Shown: positions 1-8,986, numbered from the stretch's first letter. The stretch is DNA of 64,000 nt from Synechococcus sp. (GCA_047285805.1 JBJBCN010000002.1:1328347-1392346); one strand, 5' to 3'. Notes: a model not told the origin generated them from the letters alone. Program-made: numbers and translations.

Positions 1-2
1 TT

Positions 3-950
3 ACACAAGCGGCGGAAGTTCGTGTTTATTCTGGTCGTCACTATAACTCGGATCGCAAAGTCTTCAAAAAGTTCTCCGACCTGACAGGTATCAGGGTTCG
101 ACTTCTTGAGGCAACAGGCATCTCATTGGTTGAACGACTCAAACGCGAAGGAGATCGAGCTAATGCCGATGTGATCATTCTAGTTGACGCTGCACGGATT
201 CAATCAGCGGCAGATCAGGGTCTCTTGCAGTCATCAGCGACCGATGTTCTGGTTCGCCAGGTTCCAAGTGAATATCGGGATCCAAAGGGGAGATGGTTTG
301 GAATGACGCGCCGCATTAGGGGAATAATTGTCAATCCAAATCGTGTTGATAGCGAATTAATTCAAGGCTATGGTGATCTCACCTCTCCAAATCTGAATGG
401 TGAGCTGTGCTTGAGAAAGCGAAAGAATGTGTACAATCAATCGCTAGTTGCCAGCCAAATCGCCCTAAACGGACAGGCCAAAACCAAGCAATGGCTTAAT
501 GGGATGCTGCGAAATGTTTCCGAGCCATTCTTTTCTAGTGACACAGCATTGATACGAGCAGTCGCCCAGGGCAAATGCGGAGTTGGTGTTGTCAATCACT
601 ACTACTTGGCTAGAATGCAAGCTGGCGGGAATGGAAAACGGGATTCTGAATTATCCAAGAATGTCGAACTGATACTACCCAGACCTGCACATGTCAACAT
701 TAGTGCCATCGGAATCGCGGCCTCTGCCAAGAACTACAAGGAAGCAATCCAACTTACGGAGTTTTTAACATCCAATCGCGGAAGCTCTGCCCTCTCGAGC
801 TCTACCTATGAATACCCAATATTGGGGAATAGTTCTTCTAGCAAGCTCAAAGAATATGGAGCTTTTACACCAGATGGGGTATCGATTAGCAATCTCTCGA
901 AGCAGCTGAAACCAGCTCTAACTCTAATGACTAAAAGCGGCTGGAAGTAA
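3..950 (+). CDS. futA: Fe(III) ABC transporter substrate-binding protein (FutA/IdiA family), 5'-truncated by the window edge
   Basis: Frame open from position 3 (EVRVYSGRHYNSD...); motifs ADVIILVDAARI, YNQSLVAS, VVNHYYLAR typical of FutA/IdiA. Confidence 0.88.
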   Translation, partial: TQAAEVRVYSGRHYNSDRKVFKKFSDLTGIRVRLLEATGISLVERLKREGDRANADVIILVDAARIQSAADQGLLQSSATDVLVRQVPSEYRDPKGRWFGMTRRIRGIIVNPNRVDSELIQGYGDLTSPNLNGELCLRKRKNVYNQSLVASQIALNGQAKTKQWLNGMLRNVSEPFFSSDTALIRAVAQGKCGVGVVNHYYLARMQAGGNGKRDSELSKNVELILPRPAHVNISAIGIAASAKNYKEAIQLTEFLTSNRGSSALSSSTYEYPILGNSSSSKLKEYGAFTPDGVSISNLSKQLKPALTLMTKSGWK

Positions 951-1061
951 CTCGGAGCTCTCCACACAATCGAATCAACAGATGGGTCGACCATGGGCGA
1001 ATGCCGGTTGTGAATCAAAAATTTTCGCCAGGTTTAGCCACTGCAAATCTCTTTAGAGGCC

Positions 1062-2024
1062 TCAGCCCAACCTCAGCGACGAGCTATCTGCAGGGTTGGC
1101 GGCGACGTAGCCACCAGTCGTCGACGCCGATGAATGGGCCAGCGTGCATTGCAGAGTGAACACGTCCCACCCCCTACGAATGGTATGGGTCGCGTGAGTG
1201 TGCCGGCACCTGTACGGGTGAAGCAGGCCCCCCGCCTCTTGGCCCCACTTGGCCATTAGACCGGCCACGGCCTGACGGGTCAGCGGACCATCCCGACGAT
1301 CAGACGGGAAGAGCCATTCCTCCACCTCACCGCGGCCGAGCGACTCGAACAGCGCGAGCGTCTCCTTACTTGTACGAACGGTGCGGGCCTTTGATCCCTT
1401 CCCAAGCAAATGAATCTGGGCACCGTCTTCCAGGGGCTCGCTGTCCTGCCAGCGCAAACGGCACAACTCGGTGACGCGACAACCGATCAGGTAGCGGCCT
1501 TTGACCATGACGAAGTCGCGCGCGGCTGTCCCACGGCCCTGGCCGTCGGCCGCCTTGGCAATCGTGGCCAGCACCATGCCCAACTCGTCATCGGTCAAAG
1601 CCTTGGCGAGCTTTGGAGCGTGCAGGGTGGCTCGGCGCGGCATCAGGTTTCGGGGAACTTCCGTCACCGCAGACCGGGTGGGCTCGGAGGCCCAGCGGTA
1701 CATGGCACTGACGGCAGTGATGCGGCGGTTGAAACTGCGCGGCTTGAGTTCGTCAGCCGACACCATTTCCAGCAGCGAGGACACCCAGTCATCCACGAGG
1801 GCCGGGTCCAACTCCCGTAAGTGCAGGTGGGGGTGCAGCTCATCTCGCCAGCGGACGAACGGGCGCAGCTCGCGGGCGTAGCCGTTGATGGTCTCCTGGC
1901 TCCCGGTGCGGCTGCACTGTTCAAGGAAACGCTTCAAAAGAAGGTCGTCTCCCCACAGCACGGCCCCTGCCGTGGCGGCGTCGAACAGACGCGAGACGTA
2001 CGCCAAAGCCTCCGCCTTATCCAT
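1062..2024 (-). CDS. Xer-like tyrosine recombinase, copy 1 (possibly degenerating)
   Basis: GCRVTEL, GKGSKAR, C-terminal TTGGY; HxxR is YRCR and LGH is LAH here; near-identical to 19936-20907. Confidence 0.85.
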   Translation of the reverse strand: MDKAEALAYVSRLFDAATAGAVLWGDDLLLKRFLEQCSRTGSQETINGYARELRPFVRWRDELHPHLHLRELDPALVDDWVSSLLEMVSADELKPRSFNRRITAVSAMYRWASEPTRSAVTEVPRNLMPRRATLHAPKLAKALTDDELGMVLATIAKAADGQGRGTAARDFVMVKGRYLIGCRVTELCRLRWQDSEPLEDGAQIHLLGKGSKARTVRTSKETLALFESLGRGEVEEWLFPSDRRDGPLTRQAVAGLMAKWGQEAGGLLHPYRCRHTHATHTIRRGWDVFTLQCTLAHSSASTTGGYVAANPADSSSLRLG

Positions 2025-2047
2025 GCCGTCGAGCAGGGGAGGAAGCT

Positions 2048-2071
2048 CTTTGCGTGCAGTTTTGCGTGCAA
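2048..2071 (+). repeat. Tandem 12-bp repeat (core TTTGCGTGCA x2), putative integrase arm site of E1
   Basis: ctttgcgtgcag ttttgcgtgcaa, ending 53 nt before the att core. Confidence 0.6.
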
Positions 2072-2124
2072 CCGGTTTTCGAGCTTCTGACGTAATCGCC
2101 AGATCGGTTGCGGCGGAATGATTG

Positions 2125-2162
2125 AAGGGGCCTTCCAGCCCCAGCGGATCATTTGGTTGATA
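2125..2162 (-). repeat. att core: copy of the tmRNA 3' end (E1/E2 junction)
   Basis: 36/38 identical to 21006-21043. Confidence 0.9.
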
Positions 2163-2266
2163 AGACTGAGTGCCCCCAAAGCGGCACAGTTCTTTTCAGG
2201 CAGATGTCTTTCTAAGCCTGAGTTTACGAAAGCCACCCACAGCAAACGAAAGCTTGCGGGAGCTAT

Positions 2267-2290
2267 TTTATCCGGAGAATTATCCGGGGA
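2267..2290 (+). repeat. Tandem 12-bp repeat TTTATCCGGAGA/ATTATCCGGGGA, left arm site of E2
   Basis: Same motif as 11585-11608; ends 1 nt before the integrase ATG. Confidence 0.75.
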
Positions 2291-2291
2291 G

Positions 2292-3530
2292 ATGGCCGCC
2301 GAAGCTTGGGAAAAGGGTTTCCGCGCTGCGATAAAAACCGGGAGACAGGGGTGGGGAGTAAGCAACGACAAGAGCACAGGCCGAGTGCGCCTAAAACTCC
2401 AGTTCCCAAAGGCGGGGGACTGGCCAAGCAATAGCTCGGTCAACCTGCCTTACGCCTGGACGCCAGCGTCGATCAACCCGGTGATCCAACTCGTCAATGC
2501 GGCCTATGGACCTGTCATGGAAGGTCAGGTCCCGCTCAAGGCGGCGATTGAGAACCTGCTAGCCATAAGCGATCAAAAAGCTGATCTGGTGCGTACAGCC
2601 TGGCCAGGCATTGCGAGATCCTTCCGCACCAAAAAGCTAAGCACAGGAAATCGAATAGCCGATAGCACTTACAGCGCTTCCTATGGGCGCTACATAGAAG
2701 TGGCCTTGCAACACCTGCAGGGTCCCAAGTCTGCTCAAACAGGAAAAGCGCTGATCGAGCGTGTACTAATCCATCAACGAACCAACAAGAAGCCCGGCAA
2801 GCGTTTCGGAGAGCAGCTCACCCCCTGGATCGATCAGCCGAAATCCCGCATGCAGTGCTGCCTAGCGCTGAAACTGTTCCTTGAGTTTGCGGTTGCCGAG
2901 CATCGACAAGCGCAGTCCTTTCTGATCATCGAAAAGGACTACCTCCAGCTTCGTGGTGGTGATGGAAGGACAAGAAAGAAGGCAGTCCTTACAGATGCGC
3001 AGATATGCGAGCTCATCAGACTGCTCCCAGAGCACTGGAGCAACGTAGTGAAGGTGTGCCGATTGTTTGGCGTAAGGCCATGGGAGATCAACTTCATCGA
3101 ACGACGCATCAACCCGGGGGGCGAACAACAGCTATTCGTCAGGAAGGGCAAAGAAGTCACCAGCCGAAGCGGTGTCAAAGAAGAAACTGAGCCCCGCTGG
3201 TTAGAAGCGGTGGCCATTGATGGAACGACATTTGGACTTGTCGAGAAGTGGGAGAGCTTGAAGCTTCCCGCAAGAGTCAGCGGGGCGAACCTAGGCGCCA
3301 GGTTGCGAAGGCTCCAGTACTGGAATTGTCTCGTTGAGGAATTCAAGGCCAACGGAGAATGGCTGCGTCCGTACTCGTTCCGAGACACCTTCAGCGTGCG
3401 TGCGCACGACCTGAACATCAGCAGCACAAACATCGCTCAAGCAATGGGCCACAGCGTTGAGGTCCATCACCGAAGCTATAGGACTTCGGAGTGGAAGGGC
3501 GTCAGAAAAGCCTTCCTCCGAGCTAGCTAA
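2292..3530 (+). CDS. Tyrosine integrase of E2
   Basis: FGVRPWEI, RPYSFRD (YxxR variant), AMGHS...Y; homologous to 11860-13149; start moved to ATG 2292 because the longer ORF crosses the att site. Confidence 0.88.
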   Translation: MAAEAWEKGFRAAIKTGRQGWGVSNDKSTGRVRLKLQFPKAGDWPSNSSVNLPYAWTPASINPVIQLVNAAYGPVMEGQVPLKAAIENLLAISDQKADLVRTAWPGIARSFRTKKLSTGNRIADSTYSASYGRYIEVALQHLQGPKSAQTGKALIERVLIHQRTNKKPGKRFGEQLTPWIDQPKSRMQCCLALKLFLEFAVAEHRQAQSFLIIEKDYLQLRGGDGRTRKKAVLTDAQICELIRLLPEHWSNVVKVCRLFGVRPWEINFIERRINPGGEQQLFVRKGKEVTSRSGVKEETEPRWLEAVAIDGTTFGLVEKWESLKLPARVSGANLGARLRRLQYWNCLVEEFKANGEWLRPYSFRDTFSVRAHDLNISSTNIAQAMGHSVEVHHRSYRTSEWKGVRKAFLRAS

Positions 3531-4828
3531 TGGGACGCCCTGCAAAAAACGAAATCGGCAACACTTATGGCTTGCTGACAGTCGTTAGCGCCGGTCCCAA
3601 AAAGGGAAGTGCTACAGCTTGGATGTGTAGATGTGCTTGCGGAAATCAAGAGCTAATCCACTGCAGTGGGACGGAGCTAAGGGGAGGAGGTCGTAAAAGC
3701 TGTGGATGTATCAACCAGACACGACTGGAAGATCTGACTGGCCAGGTATTTGGACACCTAACGGTTGTGGAGCGGGGTCCCAACATTGGGCGAAGACCAG
3801 GCTGGTCTTGTCAATGCGATTGCGGCAGCCCAAAACTTGTTCTTCTTAGAGCAGACCAACTAAAGAAAGGAATCCCTGGAGACTGTGGCTGCTCGAAAAC
3901 ACCTTATACGAAAGGTATTTATGGTCCTTTTATCGATCGCCGGACGGCACTAAAGCAGGGGTTAACGCAGTACTTCCCTGGTTCTTTATGCGCTAAAGGG
4001 CACCTATCGCCAAGAATGACCTCTGGAGGATCATGCATGGTCTGCATACGCGAGCTGGCAGCAAAGAAACAGAAGGAGGGCTATTTCCGCGAATATGCAG
4101 CCAAGCGCAGAAAAACAGATCCCGACTGGAAGGCGAATAAAGCACGAGTAGCTCGAGAGTCATACCATCGTCATAAAGACGACGAGGGTGCCAAGGAAAA
4201 GAGAAGAGATTGGTACGAAAAGCACAAGACGACTGACTGGTACAAGGAGGCTTCAAAACGAGCCAAGGCCAAGTTCGTAGCTAGTGGGAAAAAAGCCCAG
4301 GCAGATCGGGCGTATAGCCAGAGCCAGGCAGGAACGGTTGCACGCATCAAAGCTCGCAGGGCGTGGCGAGAAAAGTTTGAGGCTGAGAAGGGCATGCCCA
4401 TCAGCAGCTGGAGGCTGAAGAACGACCCTCAGTTCAAATTGCATGTCCGTTTAAATCAACGCATCAGCGACGTCTTGAAGAGGCAGGGGGTCGTGAAAGC
4501 ATCAAAAACAGTTGACCTAATAGATGCTGAAATCGTCCACTTCAAGGCTTATCTCGCAGCCAACTGGGTCGAGGGCATGAGCTGGGAGAACTACGGTCGA
4601 GATGGTTGGCACGTTGATCACATACGACCTTGTGCAAGTTTTGACCTCACGGATGAGGACCAGCAACTCGTTTGCTTCAACTGGAGAAATCTAAGGCCCA
4701 TGTGGGCCACCGAGAACATCTCCAAGAGCGATAACTATGACCCTGCAGATGAAGTCGAATGGGCTGAGATGATGGTTGAGCTTGGCTTTGAGGGTGAGCT
4801 TTTTCTCCTCTATACGACCAACGAATGA
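3530..4828 (+). CDS. Multidomain HNH endonuclease
   Basis: Two N-terminal Cys-rich repeats (G.LTV...W.C.C.CG...CGC), a CxxGH...CxxC motif, C-terminal WHVDHIRP...NLRPMWATENISK; TAATG overlap with the integrase. Confidence 0.8.
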   Translation: MGRPAKNEIGNTYGLLTVVSAGPKKGSATAWMCRCACGNQELIHCSGTELRGGGRKSCGCINQTRLEDLTGQVFGHLTVVERGPNIGRRPGWSCQCDCGSPKLVLLRADQLKKGIPGDCGCSKTPYTKGIYGPFIDRRTALKQGLTQYFPGSLCAKGHLSPRMTSGGSCMVCIRELAAKKQKEGYFREYAAKRRKTDPDWKANKARVARESYHRHKDDEGAKEKRRDWYEKHKTTDWYKEASKRAKAKFVASGKKAQADRAYSQSQAGTVARIKARRAWREKFEAEKGMPISSWRLKNDPQFKLHVRLNQRISDVLKRQGVVKASKTVDLIDAEIVHFKAYLAANWVEGMSWENYGRDGWHVDHIRPCASFDLTDEDQQLVCFNWRNLRPMWATENISKSDNYDPADEVEWAEMMVELGFEGELFLLYTTNE

Positions 4829-5034
4829 AGAGATCTGGCACCTGATCTCTTCTCAGTTTTCACCAGGCTTTAGCATGGTTAACGGGGAAGGGGGAATCTC
4901 TACCAACTGCGGATCTTTGCCCTAGCGTTAACTCACTTTTTAACCTGACGCTAGACGAACCGTGCGCCTCCGGATGACCCACATAGATTGACCCAACAAG
5001 GACCCGACTAAACAGATTCAGTATTATGACTGAA

Positions 5035-5493
5035 TCATTCTTCGATAAACCTTGTTGTAGGCATGCCCTTGACAGAGGCAACTGTAACCCAGACGATCGT
5101 CGGCTCTTTACCGACATTTTCTACATAATGGGGCTCGTTGGCACCTTCAACAAATGCCTCACCGGGCTTGAAAACAGTTTTAACTTCAGTCCCGTCAGGC
5201 TGAACCCGAGTGTTGAGTAATGAACCAGATCTGACACCTTGCACGTAAACCATCATTGGAGCAGGGTGAGTATGCAGGGGAATCTTTCCTCCAGCAGGAA
5301 TTTCAACTCGATAGAGGCGCAGCTCTGGTTTGCCTGAGGGGTACTTAAGAGCAGTTCCGTTCAGTGTTTCTGAACTACTAAGGATCTCCTGAATCGCAGG
5401 TTTCGTTGAAGTTGACGACGTTTCACCTTTTTGATTAGGACTACATGCAGCCAATGCCAGGGCGACGGTTCCGAACGCGAGAAGGCGCTTCAT
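5035..5493 (-). CDS. Cupin-domain lipoprotein
   Basis: Lipobox LAAC; cupin motifs PLHTHP and GEAFVEG...HYVEN. Confidence 0.8.
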   Translation of the reverse strand: MKRLLAFGTVALALAACSPNQKGETSSTSTKPAIQEILSSSETLNGTALKYPSGKPELRLYRVEIPAGGKIPLHTHPAPMMVYVQGVRSGSLLNTRVQPDGTEVKTVFKPGEAFVEGANEPHYVENVGKEPTIVWVTVASVKGMPTTRFIEE

Positions 5494-6164
5494 CCAAGTT
5501 GAGATGCTGGGTTGATTCTGCACCAACTAGTCGCAACAAGCTACGGAATAAGCCCGAGGGAGTGATGCTCCTCGGGCGGAACTGCACCGCTGCAGGAGCT
5601 TTCGCGGTTATGCGATCGCGTCCTGCATCGCAGCGAAGCTTTCAGGGTGTCTGACGGGGGAACGCTCATCCGAGCCTCTGAGCGGCCTCCCAGTACAGGC
5701 ACGCTGTCTTGACTATCGGAGGTCCGTCCTTGAAAGGCAATGCGCATAAAGCCTGATTGCCCTCTGTTCGAATCAGGCCGATGGTGGGTCCATCGATCTC
5801 GGAGGCGTTTTGGACGACACTCCACCTCAGAAGCATCAGTGAGCTAGCTGACTGCAGACCCCTGCTCCACAGCTCTTTCTCATCCACCACGGGCACGTCC
5901 TAAATCTCGGTTCTGCCGGGGGACACTCCATCCGCACCCAGTGAGGTGCCCTAAGGAGCAAGAAGGCCCGCCAACTGGAAGCACGGCCCCAGGCGTCGAG
6001 ATCAGAAGCTCCATCCATCTCTTTCGTCCATCAAGCAGTGGGTGCATCCCATGCATGAACGACCTAGGTAGGCCGTCTCTTCCACCGGGGAGGGGCGGCC
6101 TTCCTTAATGAGTCGTAATTGGCGTTGCGGAGCGTCGGTCAAAATAGGGTGTCGCTTCAGAACT

Positions 6165-6452
6165 ATGCGCAAGCTTCTGCTCGGGACATTCGCAGTCTTG
6201 GCGGCTGCCCTTCCACTTGCGGCGCAGGAACTTTCGAGCCCCGACGGGACCGCTCCTGATGCGCCAGCACCTGCTGTCGAGCCACCCTCCATCTGGCTCG
6301 TTTTGCGATACGGAGTAGGCGGTCCTGGAGCGCTAGAAAAAATAGAGATGCGAGACATGGCGCAATGTGAAATGCAAGGTGCCATTTGGGAGTCAAGTAA
6401 GCGCCTCAGTGAAGGTGGTTACACAGGTTTTGAGTGTATGGAAGGCAAATGA
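6165..6452 (+). CDS. Small secreted hypothetical protein (cassette gene A)
   Basis: Signal peptide; QCE.QGA.W..S.R and GFEC.EG motifs shared with 17726-18040. Confidence 0.75.
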   Translation: MRKLLLGTFAVLAAALPLAAQELSSPDGTAPDAPAPAVEPPSIWLVLRYGVGGPGALEKIEMRDMAQCEMQGAIWESSKRLSEGGYTGFECMEGK

Positions 6453-6976
6453 AAAGATTTAGAGCCGCATTATTGGTATCCGCGTCAATCTCATGTCTTG
6501 GCATGAATCCTGCTTTCGCCGACTTTGGAGATGCAGACTTTCCTGAAGCCCTGTTTAACGACGGTCCCCGCAGCTATCACGATGCTTGGTGCCGAAGGAT
6601 AAAGAACAAGTGTCGGGTGCGCTTCCAGGGAAAGGGAATGTGGGTCGAGGGGCAAGGCGGGATTCAGCGCTCGCAACTAAAAAGTTTCAGAACAGATTTT
6701 GACGGAAACGAGTTCTATAACTATGTGGACTACATATCGTCGGAAGGCCGCCTTAAAAGTGCGTTATTCATGTTTTCAAACTTTGAAGCCAACAGGGAGT
6801 TCCTTCGCGCAGTGGTGAGGTGGCAGCGAATGGATGCAAGCCCAGTGCCGAACTTTCGTTTTCCAGCAAGCCAGGGTCCACAGGACACGCATGGTCGAGA
6901 TAAGAGCTACGGCAGGAACAACAATCCTTATGCCAATCCGCCAATTACTGACTGGAAAGAAAAGACCACGCCCTAG
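6449..6976 (+). CDS. Secreted hypothetical protein (cassette gene B)
   Basis: Signal peptide ending AFA; ATGA overlap with gene A; close homolog of 17127-17651. Confidence 0.8.
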   Translation: MKRFRAALLVSASISCLGMNPAFADFGDADFPEALFNDGPRSYHDAWCRRIKNKCRVRFQGKGMWVEGQGGIQRSQLKSFRTDFDGNEFYNYVDYISSEGRLKSALFMFSNFEANREFLRAVVRWQRMDASPVPNFRFPASQGPQDTHGRDKSYGRNNNPYANPPITDWKEKTTP

Positions 6977-7024
6977 CGGTAGGCCTGGTTGGTCGTAATC
7001 AGCCTTGCGGTGTCACAGACTTGC

Positions 7025-7384
7025 TCACGCCATCAGCGAATGAATGATCTTAATCAGTTCTGCTTTGGTGAGCTTCTCTAAGGGCGGTGGTGGTGCTTGA
7101 ACATTATTTTCCTTTAACAACTTACATAGAGCTGACTTGTTCAGGCCAGAGAATCGCTTTAGTCCGTTCTCTTTACAGAGACTTCGCAGGGTCTTCACCG
7201 ACTGCTTTTCAAAGCTGCCTTTGCCGAGGAGCAAACTTAGTCTGTCTTCACCCTTAAGTCGGCCTGCGCCTGAATTGCCTTGATTCGCTTTTTGAAGTTC
7301 TTCGCTGATTTCGCGCAGGCTGCGTGCATCCGATTGCGCAACCTCTCTTAAGTTGGCCCTAAGGGCTTCAGAGATCTTTCCCAT
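7025..7384 (-). CDS. Hypothetical protein with Rho-N/HeH-like motif
   Basis: SVKTLRSLCKENGLKRFSGLNKSALCKLL; overlaps the upstream gene. Confidence 0.7.
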   Translation of the reverse strand: MGKISEALRANLREVAQSDARSLREISEELQKANQGNSGAGRLKGEDRLSLLLGKGSFEKQSVKTLRSLCKENGLKRFSGLNKSALCKLLKENNVQAPPPPLEKLTKAELIKIIHSLMA

Positions 7385-7877
7385 CAGACTCCTTCAATTT
7401 GGCTTGAATCGACTGTTGCTTCTCGATAAGTGTTTCTAGCTTCTCTTTTGATCTTGTCCAGCGTGTGATGAACTCGATTACAGCCTTCATCAGGTTCCCA
7501 AGGAAGTTGCCGCCCTGATAGGTACGACGACCACTTCTGTAAGCCTCGAATTGAGTCACCAGATCATCTCCGGCATCTTCTAGCTCTCCAATAACTCCGG
7601 TCACAATCTCAAGCATTTCATAAGCCTCTGCTCGTACAGATGCTTCACGCTCGGCTATCGATCTGAGTTTCCCCTCTAGCTCAGACATGGCCGCGCGACT
7701 GCGTTGTGCTTGCCCGCGAAATTGTCCTCGACTCACCATGAGCCCCCTGTAGGAGCTTCTTAAATCCAAATAAACGGATTCCAGAGCCTCACGCTCTAGC
7801 TGACTTACCTCGGCAGGAAATGCGCTAGTTGAAGGGAGCATGCTGGTCATGGGGGTTGGTTCGTCTTTTTGATTCAT
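7368..7877 (-). CDS. Coiled-coil hypothetical protein
   Basis: Helical heptad pattern; paralog of 8281-8745. Confidence 0.72.
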   Translation of the reverse strand: MNQKDEPTPMTSMLPSTSAFPAEVSQLEREALESVYLDLRSSYRGLMVSRGQFRGQAQRSRAAMSELEGKLRSIAEREASVRAEAYEMLEIVTGVIGELEDAGDDLVTQFEAYRSGRRTYQGGNFLGNLMKAVIEFITRWTRSKEKLETLIEKQQSIQAKLKESDGKDL

Positions 7878-7919
7878 GAGCTTCTAGAGAAGAATCACAA
7901 GGGGGAATGACTCATCACA

Positions 7920-8294
7920 TCAATTTGAGAATTGCCTTTGGGAATCGATCCAGTACGCCAGGAGTTGTTCGTAGCTGGGCGCTAGGGGTGCGTGGTTGTT
8001 TATCAGGAATGTGATTATGTCTGCCTTACGCTTCGGCTTACTTCTGTTCGGTAGGTTCATTCGGGTTGCTATCGCCCTCAGCTCGCCGACCTTTAGTTTC
8101 GAGAATTGATCTTCCTTGGCTGGAGGGAGTGCACGAAATGCCTCTGGTGCGAAGGCTTTTGCATCTACCTCCTCTCTTAAAGCGGCGAGAGCCTTGTTCT
8201 GGGAGTCAATATGAGATCCAATATCTCGTGCGAGTTGTTTATCAAGACTATTTATCTCCTCAATAGCTGCTATTAGGCCATCAGCTATCGACAT
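7920..8294 (-). CDS. Hypothetical protein with Rho-N/HeH-like motif
   Basis: LKVGELRAIATRMNLPNRSKPKRKADIITFL; same layout as 7025-7384. Confidence 0.68.
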   Translation of the reverse strand: MSIADGLIAAIEEINSLDKQLARDIGSHIDSQNKALAALREEVDAKAFAPEAFRALPPAKEDQFSKLKVGELRAIATRMNLPNRSKPKRKADIITFLINNHAPLAPSYEQLLAYWIDSQRQFSN

Positions 8295-8745
8295 TGCTTT
8301 CACCCCTCACTGCGGCGAGACGAGCTTTTTGCTCTTCTCTGGCCTCTCTGGCTTGCTGCATGGCCAAACGGAAGGTCTGAATGAAAGCCCGCACTGCTTC
8401 CACGAGTGCACTGCCTGAAAACAAGCCCCAAGCACCGTTGTTTTCAAAAGCGTCTTCCAATGCGACGCCGGCGCCCTCAAGTTCCTTGAGTACTTGGCCG
8501 TAGCCCAAGACAATCTTGTTTAACTCTGCTTTTTGACGGAGGGTGAGGTCCATCTTTTCCTGGAACTCCAGCAGCTCTGCTTGGAGCTGAGCGATATGGG
8601 CCTTTTGCCTCGTGACAGTTCCCTTGTACTGACCCCTCGCGCGATTCAGGTACTGAGCTTCGTCGAACAGACGGTTGTAGAGCTTCAGGACATCGGCCCC
8701 AGGGTGGATGGGGTACCGGTTCCGCGTGATTTGTACTGGAGTCAT
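8281..8745 (-). CDS. Coiled-coil hypothetical protein
   Basis: RGQYKG, ELEGAG..L...FE and LVEAVRAFI align with 7368-7877. Confidence 0.72.
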   Translation of the reverse strand: MTPVQITRNRYPIHPGADVLKLYNRLFDEAQYLNRARGQYKGTVTRQKAHIAQLQAELLEFQEKMDLTLRQKAELNKIVLGYGQVLKELEGAGVALEDAFENNGAWGLFSGSALVEAVRAFIQTFRLAMQQAREAREEQKARLAAVRGESNVDS

Positions 8746-8827
8746 CGCTGTTCAGCCTGGTCCTTATCCGAAGTTTCTAGCACACAAGGTGTCTACACCC
8801 CGTGCTCACCCGGGCTACACTTATTTC

Positions 8828-8986
8828 ATGCCCACGACCAAGCCCCGAGTCGGCTGGATCATTGATCCCACGCTGCTCGACAAGCTCAAGGAGCTTTCCG
8901 ATAAGAGCGGCCGTACCGTTCCCAAAGAGGCTGAACAGGCGATTAAGAACTGGCTTCAGCTCCACGGGAAGCTCCCCGTCGATTGA
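8828..8986 (+). CDS. Ribbon-helix-helix (CopG/Arc-like) regulator
   Basis: 52 aa: beta strand RVGWII, then helix-SGRT-helix; divergent from the four-gene operon. Confidence 0.65.
   Translation: MPTTKPRVGWIIDPTLLDKLKELSDKSGRTVPKEAEQAIKNWLQLHGKLPVD

Larger units (their letters stand above)
1..2162. mobile_element. Element E1 (partial; left end outside the window), tmRNA-targeting integrative element with Xer-like recombinase and FutA cargo
   Basis: Bounded by att copy 2125-2162; same recombinase/repeat/att layout as the tmRNA-proximal end of E3. Confidence 0.65.

Noticed and set aside
2118..2291. N-terminal extension of the E2 integrase in the ORF track
   Set aside because: Runs through the att core and arm repeats; homology with the E3 integrase begins near ATG 2292
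5530..6160. Short overlapping ORFs in E2
   Set aside because: No motif, coupling or paralog supports any frame; may be a decayed gene
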